From IMG/VR virus record IMGVR_UViG_3300013823_000004: a DNA stretch of 64,000 nt; one strand, given 5' to 3'. The notes under the pieces were generated by a model that saw nothing but the letters and a program-made list of their open reading frames with translations, made no database searches and was not told the DNA's origin. The translations under genes were made by a program, and so were the position numbers. Position 1 is the first letter of the stretch, and every line of letters begins with the position of its first letter. This document shows positions 10,016 to 20,776 of the stretch, one piece after another. Source of the stretch: an uncultured virus (IMG/VR IMGVR_UViG_3300013823_000004). Lineage: Duplodnaviria > Heunggongvirae > Uroviricota > Caudoviricetes.

Positions 10016-10501
10016 TCAGTAGCCCGGCGTGAAGGTGACCTCGCCGGTGGCGACGCCGATCACGCCGCCGGTCTGGTTCAGGAACTCGAGCGTGACGACG
10101 TAAGGCACGTTCTCCTCGGCGCCGGTCCAGCATCCCCAATCCGGCGTGCCAGGTGGCCGGAAGCCGAAGATATGGAACTGGTCGGCGGGGCCACCTGTGA
10201 TCCCACCGCCACACCGGAAATGGCAGTTCTCGCCGGAAGCGGTGCGGTCATAGACCACGGTCCCGCTCGCGTCCTTAGCGTTCACGATGCTGGCCACCGG
10301 GCCATCCCCGTATCCGGCACCCAGCCATTCGTTCATCGCCTGTCGGATCATGTTTGCGCCAGGCGCCAACCAGTCATCGTCCAGAAGCCGAGCCCCGCCG
10401 TTGCCGGCGCCGTCGCGGGCGATGAAGTCCAGCGACGACAGCGACGGGCAGACCTGCCGCGCCAGCACGAGATCGGTCCAGAAGCAGTTGCCATCGCTCA
10501 T
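10016..10501 (-). CDS. Hypothetical virion-region protein
   Basis: 161 aa, ATGA overlap with upstream gene. Confidence 0.65.
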   Translation of the reverse strand: MSDGNCFWTDLVLARQVCPSLSSLDFIARDGAGNGGARLLDDDWLAPGANMIRQAMNEWLGAGYGDGPVASIVNAKDASGTVVYDRTASGENCHFRCGGGITGGPADQFHIFGFRPPGTPDWGCWTGAEENVPYVVTLEFLNQTGGVIGVATGEVTFTPGY

Positions 10502-12381
10502 GCGTCCGCGATCTCCCCGTTGAAGCTGAAGTTCTGGCTGCAGCTGGTGGACTGGCCGACCGATGCCGAGACACCGGCGCTGTAGTTCACTGCGGACCAG
10601 CTGGCCGCCGTGAGCTGCGCGCCGACCTTGAGCTTGGTGTCGTTGATCGACAGCAGCTGGTCCGTCAGGAACTTGGCCTGCTGCAGCATCAGCTCGGCAT
10701 TCCGGCTGCCAGCTTCCATGTGCGCGCGGCTGCGCGACAGGCCCAGCTCGAAGCTACGGTCGCTGGCGGCAGACGCAGCCTGCTCCACGGATGCCGAGGC
10801 CGTGTACATGCGCGCTTGGGCATCGACAAGAGACGACACCGCGGCCAGCCGCGACCGCTCAGTGCTCAGGTCGCTCTCGCGCTTGGCGATCAGCGCCTGC
10901 CATGCGCCCAGCTGCTGCCCGAACTGCTGGGTGCGCAGGCGCTCACGTTCGATCTTCAAATTCTCGCCAGTCGCCCAGGCATCCACCCTCTTGCCCTGGG
11001 CATCCACGAGCGTGCGGTACAGGTCGGCGCGCTTCCCCTCGCCCTCGACTCCGGCCGTATAGCCCTGCCACTCGGAGACGTAGGCCCTCCACCGGCTATC
11101 GAACCCATCCATGGCGGTCTTATAGCGGTCGAATACCAGCCGCTGCACGTCTGCCTTGGCCTTCACCGCTTCGACCTGGTTGCGGTAGAAGTCGGCCATG
11201 AGGCTCAACGCCCGGATCTGTTCGGAGTACAGCCGGACGCGTTGGTCGTTGATCTCGCCGCGCAGGCGCTCGCCCTCCAGCTGGGCGCGGAACAGCTCGA
11301 CCTTGGCCAACTCCGACTGGATGCGGTCGCGCAGGACCTGCGCCTCGATCTGGTAGCCCTGCATCCGGGTCTGGAACACCGACAGCCGGTACTGCAGCAC
11401 GGCCATGGTCGCCTCGCGAGCGAAGCGTGCGGCCTCCAGAGCGAAGCGCTGCTCCTCCACATGCAGGTTGATGTAGACCCCTTCCAGCGCAGCACCCTGT
11501 GCCAGCGCCAGCCGCAGGTTCGCCAGCGTCTCCTCGAACTGCTTGACGATGGCATCGCGGTTGAACTCTGCGATGCGGTCCTGGCCGCGCTGGCGGATGT
11601 CGCGCACCTGGGCGGTCAGGATGCCGTTTGGTGTGTTCCACCCGCGCGCGCCGAACTCTGCCAGCGCCTGGTCGACCTCGCGCGCGGTCTCGATCTCCTG
11701 CCGGCTCCGCCCCTTCTGGAAGATGGCCGCTTCTATGGCCTCGGGCAGCGCGGTCTTGGCCTGCAGCATACGCTCGATGGTGCCGTACAGCTGGTCCTTG
11801 AGCTGGCTGACATATGGCTGCGGCTGGAACGTCCAGTTGTCGTCGAAGGGCGGCTCGATCAGCACCGGCAGCTGGCTGGTGAACTGCGGCAGGTCGATGA
11901 CCGGCAGCGTGGGCAGCGCCAGCTGCTCGAACGTCGGCAGCGACGGCAACGGCATGTCCGGCATGACCGGCATGTCGAGCGGGTCCGGGTCACCCGGCAT
12001 CTGCGGCACTGAGATCGTGGGGCGCACGGGCTTCTGGCCGAATGTCAGCGTCGGCGCCACAGCGTCCAGTTCCGGCGGTGCCGAGCCATCGACTGGCGCC
12101 GGCATGAACGTCGGCGGCGGCGCTACGTCGCCGGGGCGCTGGAACTGGAACGCGCCCGCGTCTAGTTCCGGCGTGTCCGGACGTTGGAACGGGGTCAGCT
12201 GCCCATCGAAGTCGAAGGTGACGTTGAACTCGACGGGCGCGATGCCGACATCATCGACCGCACCGAGCTGGTCCACCACCAGCCGGTACAGGTCGTCGCC
12301 CTTCCGGGTGAACTTCGTATGTGCATCACCGACCAGCGTGTAAGCGCCGGAGGACGGGGGAATGCACCAGGTGCTTGCCAT
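10498..12381 (-). CDS. Coiled-coil virion structural protein
   Basis: 627 aa, Pro-rich N-terminus and long helical C-terminus; AAGGAG RBS. Confidence 0.75.
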   Translation of the reverse strand: MASTWCIPPSSGAYTLVGDAHTKFTRKGDDLYRLVVDQLGAVDDVGIAPVEFNVTFDFDGQLTPFQRPDTPELDAGAFQFQRPGDVAPPPTFMPAPVDGSAPPELDAVAPTLTFGQKPVRPTISVPQMPGDPDPLDMPVMPDMPLPSLPTFEQLALPTLPVIDLPQFTSQLPVLIEPPFDDNWTFQPQPYVSQLKDQLYGTIERMLQAKTALPEAIEAAIFQKGRSRQEIETAREVDQALAEFGARGWNTPNGILTAQVRDIRQRGQDRIAEFNRDAIVKQFEETLANLRLALAQGAALEGVYINLHVEEQRFALEAARFAREATMAVLQYRLSVFQTRMQGYQIEAQVLRDRIQSELAKVELFRAQLEGERLRGEINDQRVRLYSEQIRALSLMADFYRNQVEAVKAKADVQRLVFDRYKTAMDGFDSRWRAYVSEWQGYTAGVEGEGKRADLYRTLVDAQGKRVDAWATGENLKIERERLRTQQFGQQLGAWQALIAKRESDLSTERSRLAAVSSLVDAQARMYTASASVEQAASAASDRSFELGLSRSRAHMEAGSRNAELMLQQAKFLTDQLLSINDTKLKVGAQLTAASWSAVNYSAGVSASVGQSTSCSQNFSFNGEIADA

Positions 12382-12396
12382 GTTGCGTGTGCTCCT

Positions 12397-13872
12397 TTAC
12401 CCGCGCGTCCGGCGGCTCATCGTTGTGGGGTGGAACTGGACGGACTGCAGGTCGAAGTCAGCGCCGTTGACGTTCTCGAGCACGAAATCCCAGTCCACCG
12501 CGCGCATGCCGCGGCCGAGCTTTGCCCTCGTCTCGCGGGACGCGCCGGCTGGCCTGGCCGCGACCTTGTAGACCGCCATGGTCTTCTCGCCGCTGACCTC
12601 ATCGACAAAGATGGCCTTCAACAGCAGCTGCCCACCTGCGGCCGCGCCGATGAACACCTCGGATACGCCCTTGAGCCGCCTGTCGCCGAAATCGGTCATG
12701 CCGAGGCGCAGCTTTGCCCTGATGGGCTCGCCCATGTCGTCCCGGCCGCCCAGCCTGGCAATGCCGCCCGAGTGGGCGCCGTAGTAGCGCTCGCCGATCT
12801 TTGCGAACGAGTTGAACGGGTAGTTGGTGTAACGGCTCAGGCCGCGGCTTTCGGTGTTCATCACCCATGCGATGAACTCGCCGTTGTCGAACGACAACGC
12901 CATCGCGAAGCCGATAGCATCGGCGATCTGCGCCGCAAGTTCAGCCTCATGAGTGGCCTGTGTCCCGAGCGCGAACGTGTCGCGCAGCATCACCGTCAGG
13001 GTGAACTCCGGCGCCGCCTCAGCAGCGAGGACAAGCCGCTCCACGACGCGCGCGAATGCGGCGTAGAGCGCGTCGATGCGGTCGTTCAGGGCCAGCGTAT
13101 CGGCCGCTCCGGCCAACTGCATCCATTCGACCAGGTCGCCGAACACCAGCGCGTCCGCGACCTGCTGCAGCGCTTCGGCGTAGCTACCGGCGTAACCGGC
13201 AAGGATCAGGCGCGAAACCGCCCGGGCAAGCATGCGGTAGTCGCCGGTGGCGAGGGTGCCGAAGCTGATGCCGTCGGCTGCCAGCATGTGCACGACGAAC
13301 GACGTGGCGTCGGCAAAGCTGAACTGCTCAACCGCCCGCAGCGCCCCGTCGTACCGTGAGCGCCGGCGGGTTCCAAGTTTCAGCGGCGTGCGTATGACCG
13401 CGGTGTAGAGCCGTGAGGGCTGGCTGCCTAGCGAGAACCGCTCGTCGAGCGTGCCGAACCACTGGCCGCCGTAGCCAGATACTTCGGGGGCTTGTGGAAT
13501 CAGCAGTGCATACGCAGTGCCGCCGAGTCCCTGGGCGCCGAACGTGCGCAGCCGCAGCCACGTCCGGCCGCTGATAGTCCCAGGGCGGCCAGCAAAGCCA
13601 CGGTGGCTCAGCCGCACCACCGCTCGACCATCCACAACTTCATGGTAGCTGGTGGTTCCCGATGCGGTAATGCTAAACGTGCACTGACCCACCAGCGGCA
13701 GCTGTGGCGTTGGAATCACCAGCGAAAGGCTCGTTCTACTGCGCGCGCGCACCCGCAGCTTGGTGCGTCCATGCAGACCTGCCTGGCTGTAGCCGTAGGC
13801 GCCAATGCGCAGGCTGCATGCACCTGAAACGTGCGTCACGACGGCCGAAAGCGCCTCGAACTTGATGCTCAT
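12397..13872 (-). CDS. Tail-region structural protein
   Basis: 491 aa in coupled late operon. Confidence 0.7.
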   Translation of the reverse strand: MSIKFEALSAVVTHVSGACSLRIGAYGYSQAGLHGRTKLRVRARSRTSLSLVIPTPQLPLVGQCTFSITASGTTSYHEVVDGRAVVRLSHRGFAGRPGTISGRTWLRLRTFGAQGLGGTAYALLIPQAPEVSGYGGQWFGTLDERFSLGSQPSRLYTAVIRTPLKLGTRRRSRYDGALRAVEQFSFADATSFVVHMLAADGISFGTLATGDYRMLARAVSRLILAGYAGSYAEALQQVADALVFGDLVEWMQLAGAADTLALNDRIDALYAAFARVVERLVLAAEAAPEFTLTVMLRDTFALGTQATHEAELAAQIADAIGFAMALSFDNGEFIAWVMNTESRGLSRYTNYPFNSFAKIGERYYGAHSGGIARLGGRDDMGEPIRAKLRLGMTDFGDRRLKGVSEVFIGAAAGGQLLLKAIFVDEVSGEKTMAVYKVAARPAGASRETRAKLGRGMRAVDWDFVLENVNGADFDLQSVQFHPTTMSRRTRG

Positions 13873-14588
13873 TCACTTCCCCCTACGGTATCGCCGGACG
13901 CGTAGAGGGCACTGCCGACGTGTATCTCGCCGACCGAATGAATGCGGCTCGTATAGACGAGCGCACCCGCATGCAGGTACGAAACCTCGCCACCGGCGCG
14001 CTGGATCTTGAACTCATCGCCCGGGCGGTAGCTGGCCTCGATCGTCCTGGCCTCACCAGACTCAACTACCTGGAAGCGCCCTGCGGTGAAGTGGAACGCA
14101 TGGGTCAGGCGCTCTATGTCAGCCACGTCATCAAGGTCCGCCGTGAACCCGCACACAGCACCCACGACGCGGTCCATGTTGAACGTGCAAACGCAGTCTC
14201 CGGCATGGGAAACCACGCTGTTGGCGCCGGCATTCCAACCGATCAGCGAAGTGATCTCGGTGCGTCCCGCGCGAGCCGGAACAGCTGGGACATGCGGCTG
14301 TGCAGGGTACGTGGTGCATACGGTTGGCCCGGGCGGCCCCGTCGGCTTCCAGATCGACACGCAGATGTAGATCTCATTCGTCATCCCGCCGTGCTCGTCG
14401 TACACCGGCGTCCACTTCGCACCGGGCGGCAACACGATTCGGGTGGTGTTCGTGACGCGAATGCAGACGACCTCCCAGTGACCCGGGGCCGGCGTTGGCT
14501 GGCAGACGGTGAAAGCGGGGCGATAAGGAACTTCCGCGCGCGCGGGCACAGGCGGGATGTACGAGCGCTGGAAGACCTTGCTGAGCAT
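13869..14588 (-). CDS. Tail-region protein
   Basis: 239 aa, overlapping start/stop with neighbours. Confidence 0.65.
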   Translation of the reverse strand: MLSKVFQRSYIPPVPARAEVPYRPAFTVCQPTPAPGHWEVVCIRVTNTTRIVLPPGAKWTPVYDEHGGMTNEIYICVSIWKPTGPPGPTVCTTYPAQPHVPAVPARAGRTEITSLIGWNAGANSVVSHAGDCVCTFNMDRVVGAVCGFTADLDDVADIERLTHAFHFTAGRFQVVESGEARTIEASYRPGDEFKIQRAGGEVSYLHAGALVYTSRIHSVGEIHVGSALYASGDTVGGSE

Positions 14589-15052
14589 CAGCCTGCTTCC
14601 GCCGCAACGACGAAGGTGTCCACAGAGATCTTGTTCGCTCCGTTTGCGGTCTGGTCACCACACGGCAGGTTGGTCAGGGGGCCTCCTGCTGTGCCCTGTA
14701 GCCGTGCCCCGGTCGCCGCACCCCGACAGTCGTCACCCGGGGCACCGAAGCGGTAGAACGTCGGGGTCAGCGTGGTTGCGCCAGCGTTGACGCCGTCGAA
14801 TGCAACCGTGGCCTCCCAGACCTCGGCCGGCGACTTGAGCATGCCGGCCCCCACGGGAGCTGCGAAGGTAAGCCCGGTCATCCCGTCGTTCCCTTCGGTG
14901 AACTCGGCGATCTGCGTGTGGACATTGTCCATGTCCAGCGGATCATCCGCACTCGCGGGAACCGGACCGGAGAAAAGGTACAGACGCCCGCCGTCGACTT
15001 CATTCTTGATCGCGGTCAGGACGGCATCGCCGGTGAAATCGGAAATGGACAT
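14588..15052 (-). CDS. Small tail protein (paralogue of 15067-15489)
   Basis: 154 aa; GGRLYLFSGPVPASAD motif. Confidence 0.7.
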   Translation of the reverse strand: MSISDFTGDAVLTAIKNEVDGGRLYLFSGPVPASADDPLDMDNVHTQIAEFTEGNDGMTGLTFAAPVGAGMLKSPAEVWEATVAFDGVNAGATTLTPTFYRFGAPGDDCRGAATGARLQGTAGGPLTNLPCGDQTANGANKISVDTFVVAAEAG

Positions 15053-15066
15053 TTCGGGTCTCCGTG

Positions 15067-15489
15067 TCAAAGAGGGGGAAGCAGGAACCACCAGGTCGAC
15101 ACGATGATCGACGTGCCGGGGGTGATAGAAAGGGTCGGCAACCTCATCTGGAAGTCACCAGGCGATTCGTCGTCAGGCCCGATCGCGCAATCGATGTACG
15201 CGCCGTCATCAACCGCCCGGCGCAGGCGCGCCCATGCGGCAACCCCGGTGTTGCTCCCATCCAAGGTCCATACCTGCGTCGGCTTGTTGGTGGCGTAATG
15301 GTCGGCCCTGGCGAACTGGAGACCGCCCGGGGCATTGATCTCGGCCAGCATCAAGCCGCTGGCAGGAAGATCAGCGCTCGCGGGCTGCACGCCGCTGTAG
15401 ATCTCGATCTTGCCGCCGTTGAAGATCGACTCGAACGATGACGGCCCGAGGATCAGCGAGCGAAAGCGGGTAGAGCACAGGGTCGCCAT
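15067..15489 (-). CDS. Small tail protein (paralogue of 14588-15052)
   Basis: 140 aa; GGKIEIYSGVQPASAD motif. Confidence 0.7.
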   Translation of the reverse strand: MATLCSTRFRSLILGPSSFESIFNGGKIEIYSGVQPASADLPASGLMLAEINAPGGLQFARADHYATNKPTQVWTLDGSNTGVAAWARLRRAVDDGAYIDCAIGPDDESPGDFQMRLPTLSITPGTSIIVSTWWFLLPPL

Positions 15490-15520
15490 CAGGTGGTCCC
15501 CGCGGTGGTGGAATCGCAGC

Positions 15521-17407
15521 TCATGCAGGTCGCTCCATGGGTTGCTCGGGGTGGGGCTTTCCGAGCATCGAGAAGTACGGCACCTCGAACGCATCGCCAG
15601 TGAGGTCGTCGAAGTCGCCTTTCGTGATGTACGTGTTGTCTGTGAAGTCGCTGTCTTCCCGGTGCGCAGCCACGCACTGGTCAGACCCAACGGCGGTTGC
15701 ATAGAGCAAAACCCCGTAGCCCTCCGGGTCATACACCGGCGCCAGGGTCGGAAGACCGGTATCGAGGGCCTGGCCGAAGTAGACGGTGTTGGACCAGCGC
15801 CGGGGTTGCCCGGGTATGTCGGGCTCACCGCCCACGCTCAGGCCACCCGCCGCATGGCCACGGATGCCGTACTTGATCTGCGCGGCATTGAGCAGGCCCA
15901 CGCGCATCGCGCCCTCGGTCAGTCGGCCGGGCGTCTTGTGGAACAACCAGCCGCACAGCGCATGGCATCCCTTGGAAATACCGGAGCCGCCGGCGGCCAG
16001 GTCCGTCAGGTACTTCGACAGGAGGTAGTACCCCGAACAGGGGCTGGTCGTGCCAGGCTCGGTCGTTGAAAACTCGGTCGCCTCGCCGGCTTCCAGCGCC
16101 GTCAACCACGCACGGTGCGCGCCTGTGAACGGGACGGCGCCCGTCGTCCTCGTCTCTTGGCGGATGTTGCTCAGCACGTAGCGATCGTCGACGGGGTTCG
16201 CGTACAACAGGCCGGTGAACTGGACCTCGGTCTCGGACAACCGCACTGCTGGAATGCGCCGCAGCGGGGTCACGAAGTCCAGGCCGGTCGCACCCGCGGC
16301 TACCAGGCGCACCTGGGCACCACCTTCCTCATACACAATGTCCCCGGCCGGTTCCGTGCGCAGCCCATCAGCGCCGAGCCGGAATATCACTTCATCGGCG
16401 CTCAGTGGGTCAGCCAGCTCTGCGTACCGGTACAGCAGCACCGGCTGCCGCGGCAGCTGCACGCTGACGAACTCCCCCGTCCTTCCATCGAAGGTCCAGC
16501 GGTTGTACGCGCGAACCAGGGATGCGCTCCATAGCACTTCCCCGGAGTCGTAGTCGACCTCGTAGTGGTAGTGCCAGCTGGCCGGATCGACCTTCGTCTT
16601 GAGCTTGTAGCGCAGCAGTGCCGTCGGATTGGCGGTTTCGCTGTACAGGCTCGATGCCCAAGCATCGGCTTCTTGCTCGGGTATGTTCGGCCGCAGCGGG
16701 TAGTCCAGCTCGGCCAGGTCCGCGAGCAGTACAAGCAGATCGCCGTCGTGAACTGCCGCAGCCAGCACGCGGTTGTAGCCAACTGCGAGGTTGCCGGCGT
16801 CGATGATGTCGAACAGCGGCATGCCGAGGCAGAACACCGCCGCGCTGTAGACCCTCGCTGGGTTGCGTGCGGGCGGACCCATGCAGATCGCGGCGGACCA
16901 CCAGGACGTGACCAGTCCGTCCTTGTTGCGGTTGAAGCAGTTTCCGCCGTACAGCCGCTTGTCGTTGTCCATGACCTGGGGGAACACGTCGCTGTACGTG
17001 CCCGCGCCTGAACCGTAGCCCGGCGCGTCGGTTGACGCGAAGTAGGCGCGCCAGCGCATTTCGTCGTCGTGGCTCAGGATCACCGGGGGCCGCACCCTGT
17101 TCCCGCCGCCATCACGCTCTGCCGCCCCTGCCAGCGCAAGAACGTCGTCGAACACCCGGACCGGTCGCGTCCGTCCGCCGGGCGGCGGCGGCGCGATCGT
17201 CACCCGGTTGATCTCGCCGATCTTCTCGGCCACGAGCACGGTTCCATCGCGCAGATGGCGGACAAGCTTGTGCGTGCCGAGATCGTTGACCGATGCTTGC
17301 TCCAGCACCATACCCATCAGCGTTCGGGCGGCAGGGAGGTACGCTGGCGCCGCGTCTCGGTCTCCCTCGACGCGGACCACCAGCTCGCGGACGTACCGCT
17401 CCGCCAT
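15521..17407 (-). CDS. Tail/receptor-binding region protein
   Basis: 628 aa in late operon. Confidence 0.7.
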   Translation of the reverse strand: MAERYVRELVVRVEGDRDAAPAYLPAARTLMGMVLEQASVNDLGTHKLVRHLRDGTVLVAEKIGEINRVTIAPPPPGGRTRPVRVFDDVLALAGAAERDGGGNRVRPPVILSHDDEMRWRAYFASTDAPGYGSGAGTYSDVFPQVMDNDKRLYGGNCFNRNKDGLVTSWWSAAICMGPPARNPARVYSAAVFCLGMPLFDIIDAGNLAVGYNRVLAAAVHDGDLLVLLADLAELDYPLRPNIPEQEADAWASSLYSETANPTALLRYKLKTKVDPASWHYHYEVDYDSGEVLWSASLVRAYNRWTFDGRTGEFVSVQLPRQPVLLYRYAELADPLSADEVIFRLGADGLRTEPAGDIVYEEGGAQVRLVAAGATGLDFVTPLRRIPAVRLSETEVQFTGLLYANPVDDRYVLSNIRQETRTTGAVPFTGAHRAWLTALEAGEATEFSTTEPGTTSPCSGYYLLSKYLTDLAAGGSGISKGCHALCGWLFHKTPGRLTEGAMRVGLLNAAQIKYGIRGHAAGGLSVGGEPDIPGQPRRWSNTVYFGQALDTGLPTLAPVYDPEGYGVLLYATAVGSDQCVAAHREDSDFTDNTYITKGDFDDLTGDAFEVPYFSMLGKPHPEQPMERPA

Positions 17408-17408
17408 A

Positions 17409-18023
17409 TCAGATGTCGCCTTCGTCCACGGCGCTCAGGTCGTACTGGAGCGCCAGCTTGCCACCGCCGGTCATACCGGCCAGGTCATCGGCAAAGCGGC
17501 TCGCGGCGAACAGCGGCCCCGTCGTGCTCCCCTTGCCCTGCGCCGCCAACAAACCGATCCCGCGGATGGTGTAGGGACCGCCGGCGTTGAAGGTGATCGT
17601 CGCAGCAGCCAAGGCTGCAGCATTGCTGACCTGTGCGTTGGTAGTGGCCTGGACCGTCGTCCAGGGAACGCGCGTGGTGCTGGTGTACGCGGTGAACTCA
17701 GTGGCCAAAGCCGGGAACGTGCTGCCTTTCCAGTCGGGAGAGACTGCGACGTCACCCGTGAACGGGGCCAGGTACTTCGCGGTGCTCGAAATGTGGCCGG
17801 CGATCAGGTTCAGTGCCTCGATCAGCCCTTCTTTCACCACACGATTGGCGCCGATGGTGATCGGGCCGAAATCCTCGCCCGGGGGCGCGTACCGCGCCGA
17901 GAAGTGGCCGAAGGTCAGCATGTTCGCCCCCGGGACAAACAGCCCGGATTCGGTGAACTCGGCCTTGCGGTTACGGATGGCCCGCAGGGCGTCGCGGGCC
18001 AGAGCTTTGTTTACGGGGGTCAT
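17409..18023 (-). CDS. Virion structural protein
   Basis: 204 aa, beta-rich, CAGGAG RBS. Confidence 0.7.
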   Translation of the reverse strand: MTPVNKALARDALRAIRNRKAEFTESGLFVPGANMLTFGHFSARYAPPGEDFGPITIGANRVVKEGLIEALNLIAGHISSTAKYLAPFTGDVAVSPDWKGSTFPALATEFTAYTSTTRVPWTTVQATTNAQVSNAAALAAATITFNAGGPYTIRGIGLLAAQGKGSTTGPLFAASRFADDLAGMTGGGKLALQYDLSAVDEGDI

Positions 18024-18199
18024 TCGCGTGCTCCTGTGGTGACTACCATTTGCCCGCCGGGCACTGCGCACCGGCGAGCCTTGTTTTGCCCGCAAGCACG
18101 CAACCGCACTTCGAGCAGAAAATCTTCCGGGTTCGGTCCTGCGGCCAGGCGAACTGACAGGCCTGGCAGATCGCCATGCGCGCCCTCGCCGTCTCGGGA

Positions 18200-19492
18200 T
18201 CAGCGATCAACGTGGATGACATGCGCCACCGCCCTGTCCGTTATCGCCAGTCCCTGCGCGCGCGGCGCGCGCAGCGTCGTGATTACCTGCTGGCGGCCGG
18301 CGCGCGCGGCGAACAGCGATGCGCCGCGGTCGGCGTTGTCGATCGCGGTCCGGCCGGCGTTGAGCGCGGCCACGCGACCGTCAGGCAGCCCGATGACGTA
18401 GGTGCCCTTCCGCGACAGCCACACCGTGTAGTCGCCGTCATCGTCCATGCCGATCGACTGCCCGGGCACCTGCACGCTGCTGCCCGGCACCGCGCCCGCG
18501 TTGTGCACGTCGATGGGCTGCAGCGCAGACGGATCCGCGCCGGCAAGGAAGTACGTGCGCTTGCCGGCCGCCAGGAACAGGCCGGCGCCCTCGCCGGTTG
18601 CCGGCTCAAGCAGGTCGATGCGGGCATCGAAGCGGATCAGGCTGTGGGCCAGGTCCGTCATGCCGTAGCGCAGCGGCGGCGACCACCGAAGGGTGCGGCC
18701 ATCCGCAACCCAGTGCCGGCCGTTGAAGATGCGGGTGAACTGGCCGGGCGGCATCGGGTCGAGCAGGTGCGTCGCCAGCTTGACGCCCTCTGCCTCGCCG
18801 GAGACCAGGTAGCTGGGCGTGCCGGCGGGCAGGCGCGCCGCAAGCCGCAGCACCTGGTCGTTGGGCGCGCTCAGGTAGACGTTGACCTGCCCAGCCGAGG
18901 GCAGGTCTCGCAGCAAGATGCCCTGCTGGTCTCCCACGTGGATCTGGGTCGCGCAGTCGGCGCCGGACTCGCGGCCCAGCGCGTCGGTCACCGTCACCGC
19001 GAGCTGATACAGGCCCGGTGGCAGGCCGTAGCCATCCACCAGTTCAGCGCCCGGCGCCCCGGGTGTTGCAGGGGCACCCCATGGATGAACTGCGCGGTCC
19101 AGCACGGTCAGCATTCCGCTTGCCTGAGCGTTGCTGAAATAGACCCGGTCGCCGACCGCTGCGTAGCTCACCGGCAGATCGCCGGGCTGAGCGCCCAGTG
19201 GCCCGGTGGTTTCGTCCCCCTCCAGCACATGGAGAATGCCGGCGTCGACGAACAGCCCGAAATCGAGCTCGGGATGGCCCCAGAGCGAATGCACGAGGCT
19301 GCCGCTGTAGCACCCGACGTACCCCTCGCGCCGGCTCACGAAACCGGCGGCTGACAGGTCGACGTTGTCGGCCTCGCGCAGAGCAACGGGCCGTCCGTTC
19401 TCGTCCTGCGGCATGCGCCCCTCAGGGGCAATGTTGTTGATACCCAGTGGCCAGGGGCCAGCGCCCTTCAGCTCCGCATCCGAAACGGCCAT
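18200..19492 (-). CDS. Probable tail nozzle/stabilisation protein
   Basis: 430 aa directly after adaptor gene; GINN..LREADNVD N-terminal motif. Confidence 0.6.
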   Translation of the reverse strand: MAVSDAELKGAGPWPLGINNIAPEGRMPQDENGRPVALREADNVDLSAAGFVSRREGYVGCYSGSLVHSLWGHPELDFGLFVDAGILHVLEGDETTGPLGAQPGDLPVSYAAVGDRVYFSNAQASGMLTVLDRAVHPWGAPATPGAPGAELVDGYGLPPGLYQLAVTVTDALGRESGADCATQIHVGDQQGILLRDLPSAGQVNVYLSAPNDQVLRLAARLPAGTPSYLVSGEAEGVKLATHLLDPMPPGQFTRIFNGRHWVADGRTLRWSPPLRYGMTDLAHSLIRFDARIDLLEPATGEGAGLFLAAGKRTYFLAGADPSALQPIDVHNAGAVPGSSVQVPGQSIGMDDDGDYTVWLSRKGTYVIGLPDGRVAALNAGRTAIDNADRGASLFAARAGRQQVITTLRAPRAQGLAITDRAVAHVIHVDR

Positions 19493-19493
19493 G

Positions 19494-20174
19494 TCAGAAC
19501 CAGACCGGCGACGTGCCGGAAACGGGGTCGGTAGCCAGTTGCTGCAGCGCGCGGGCGGTCGGCCGGTCACCGAAGAAGTCGATGAACAGCGTGAGCTGCC
19601 GGTCCGCATCCTGGGGGCTGTATCGCTCGGAGTCCTTTTTGTTGAAGGCGCGGTGGCAGGCCCAGTGCACCAGCTTCCGGTGATGGATGGCGTCGATGAC
19701 CGGCTCGTCGTCGTCGCTCTCCATGACTTCGGCGGCCGTGGGGACGCGCCACACCGTCATCAGCAGCGCCCCCGCCTCCGCCGGCACAGGACTGAGGCTG
19801 ACCTCCCGGGTCTGCCGGTCGCGTATCACGTAGCTCGGTCGCCCCTGCTCTGTGCGCCACTGCTCACTGCACCCGTCCAGGACCGCCGAGCTCGTGCGGC
19901 AAAGCGGCTCGCCCGGGCGATCCTCCAGCGCAGCGCGACGGATGACGTAGACCGACGGATGCAGGGCATAGTCGGCCTGGCCGGCCTGCAGAGCGATGCG
20001 GCAGACGTCTGGATTGCGGCTTTCAACCAGCAGCCGCGCGCGGATGCAGGCCTCCTCGACGGCTTCGTTGAGGTAGCGGATCAGCAGCTCGTCGCCCCAC
20101 AGATAGGGGGCGACGGCGTCGTCCAGCTCCTCGCGGCAGTCGTCGATCAGCTGTCGCAGGGACTGGGCTTCCAC
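19494..20174 (-). CDS. Head-tail adaptor protein
   Basis: 226 aa; LW.DELLIRYLNEA and H..LVHWA..RAF motifs typical of podoviral adaptors. Confidence 0.7.
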   Translation of the reverse strand: MEAQSLRQLIDDCREELDDAVAPYLWGDELLIRYLNEAVEEACIRARLLVESRNPDVCRIALQAGQADYALHPSVYVIRRAALEDRPGEPLCRTSSAVLDGCSEQWRTEQGRPSYVIRDRQTREVSLSPVPAEAGALLMTVWRVPTAAEVMESDDDEPVIDAIHHRKLVHWACHRAFNKKDSERYSPQDADRQLTLFIDFFGDRPTARALQQLATDPVSGTSPVWF

Positions 20175-20175
20175 G

Positions 20176-20709
20176 TCAGTCCTCGAGCGCCTTGGCCAGC
20201 AGCTTCAGCGTCGTGGCACGCTGGTCAGCTTCGGGCTTGGCCTTCTCGATGTCGAGGGCGGCCTTGATGACCGGCTTGGCGATGCCGCCCTGCTTGAGCT
20301 GCGCGTTCAGGCCCTGCCAGCTCAGCTCATTCAGGTTGCGGGCCTGCTCGAGCAGCTCGTCGGGCAGCGGCGCGACTTCGTTGGAACCCTGCGGCTCCTG
20401 ACTTCCGGTAGCCAGCGACTGTTCGCCAACCGCCGCCGCGGGCGGAGCGGCCGGCGCGGCCTTCTCGCCAGCTGCGGTGATGGTGTTCACCACCGCGAGA
20501 GCCGGCTTCGGGACAGTCGGCAGTGCCTGCGCCTGGGCGATGTAGTAGGCCTCGGGAATACCCATCAGGCGCTGGATGTGGGCGTTGTCGGTGACCTCGG
20601 CGACGTGCTCGGAATCAGCATTGGCCGGGTCGATCGGGCGGAAGTAGTAGGTCGCGTCGTCGATCTCGACGGGCGCATTCGGGCGCTTGAACTTGCATGC
20701 GATGAGCAT
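20176..20709 (-). CDS. Hypothetical head-region protein
   Basis: 177 aa, GGAG RBS. Confidence 0.7.
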   Translation of the reverse strand: MLIACKFKRPNAPVEIDDATYYFRPIDPANADSEHVAEVTDNAHIQRLMGIPEAYYIAQAQALPTVPKPALAVVNTITAAGEKAAPAAPPAAAVGEQSLATGSQEPQGSNEVAPLPDELLEQARNLNELSWQGLNAQLKQGGIAKPVIKAALDIEKAKPEADQRATTLKLLAKALED

Positions 20710-20720
20710 CGTTGTTCTCC

Positions 20721-20752
20721 AAAAGCAGCCGGGCCCGCGTGTGCGGGCCCGG
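20721..20752 (-). terminator. Intrinsic terminator after capsid genes
   Basis: CCGGGCCCGC-ACAC-GCGGGCCCGG followed by CTGCTTTT. Confidence 0.65.
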
Positions 20753-20776
20753 TGTGCGTCGGTACGGTGGGTCAGG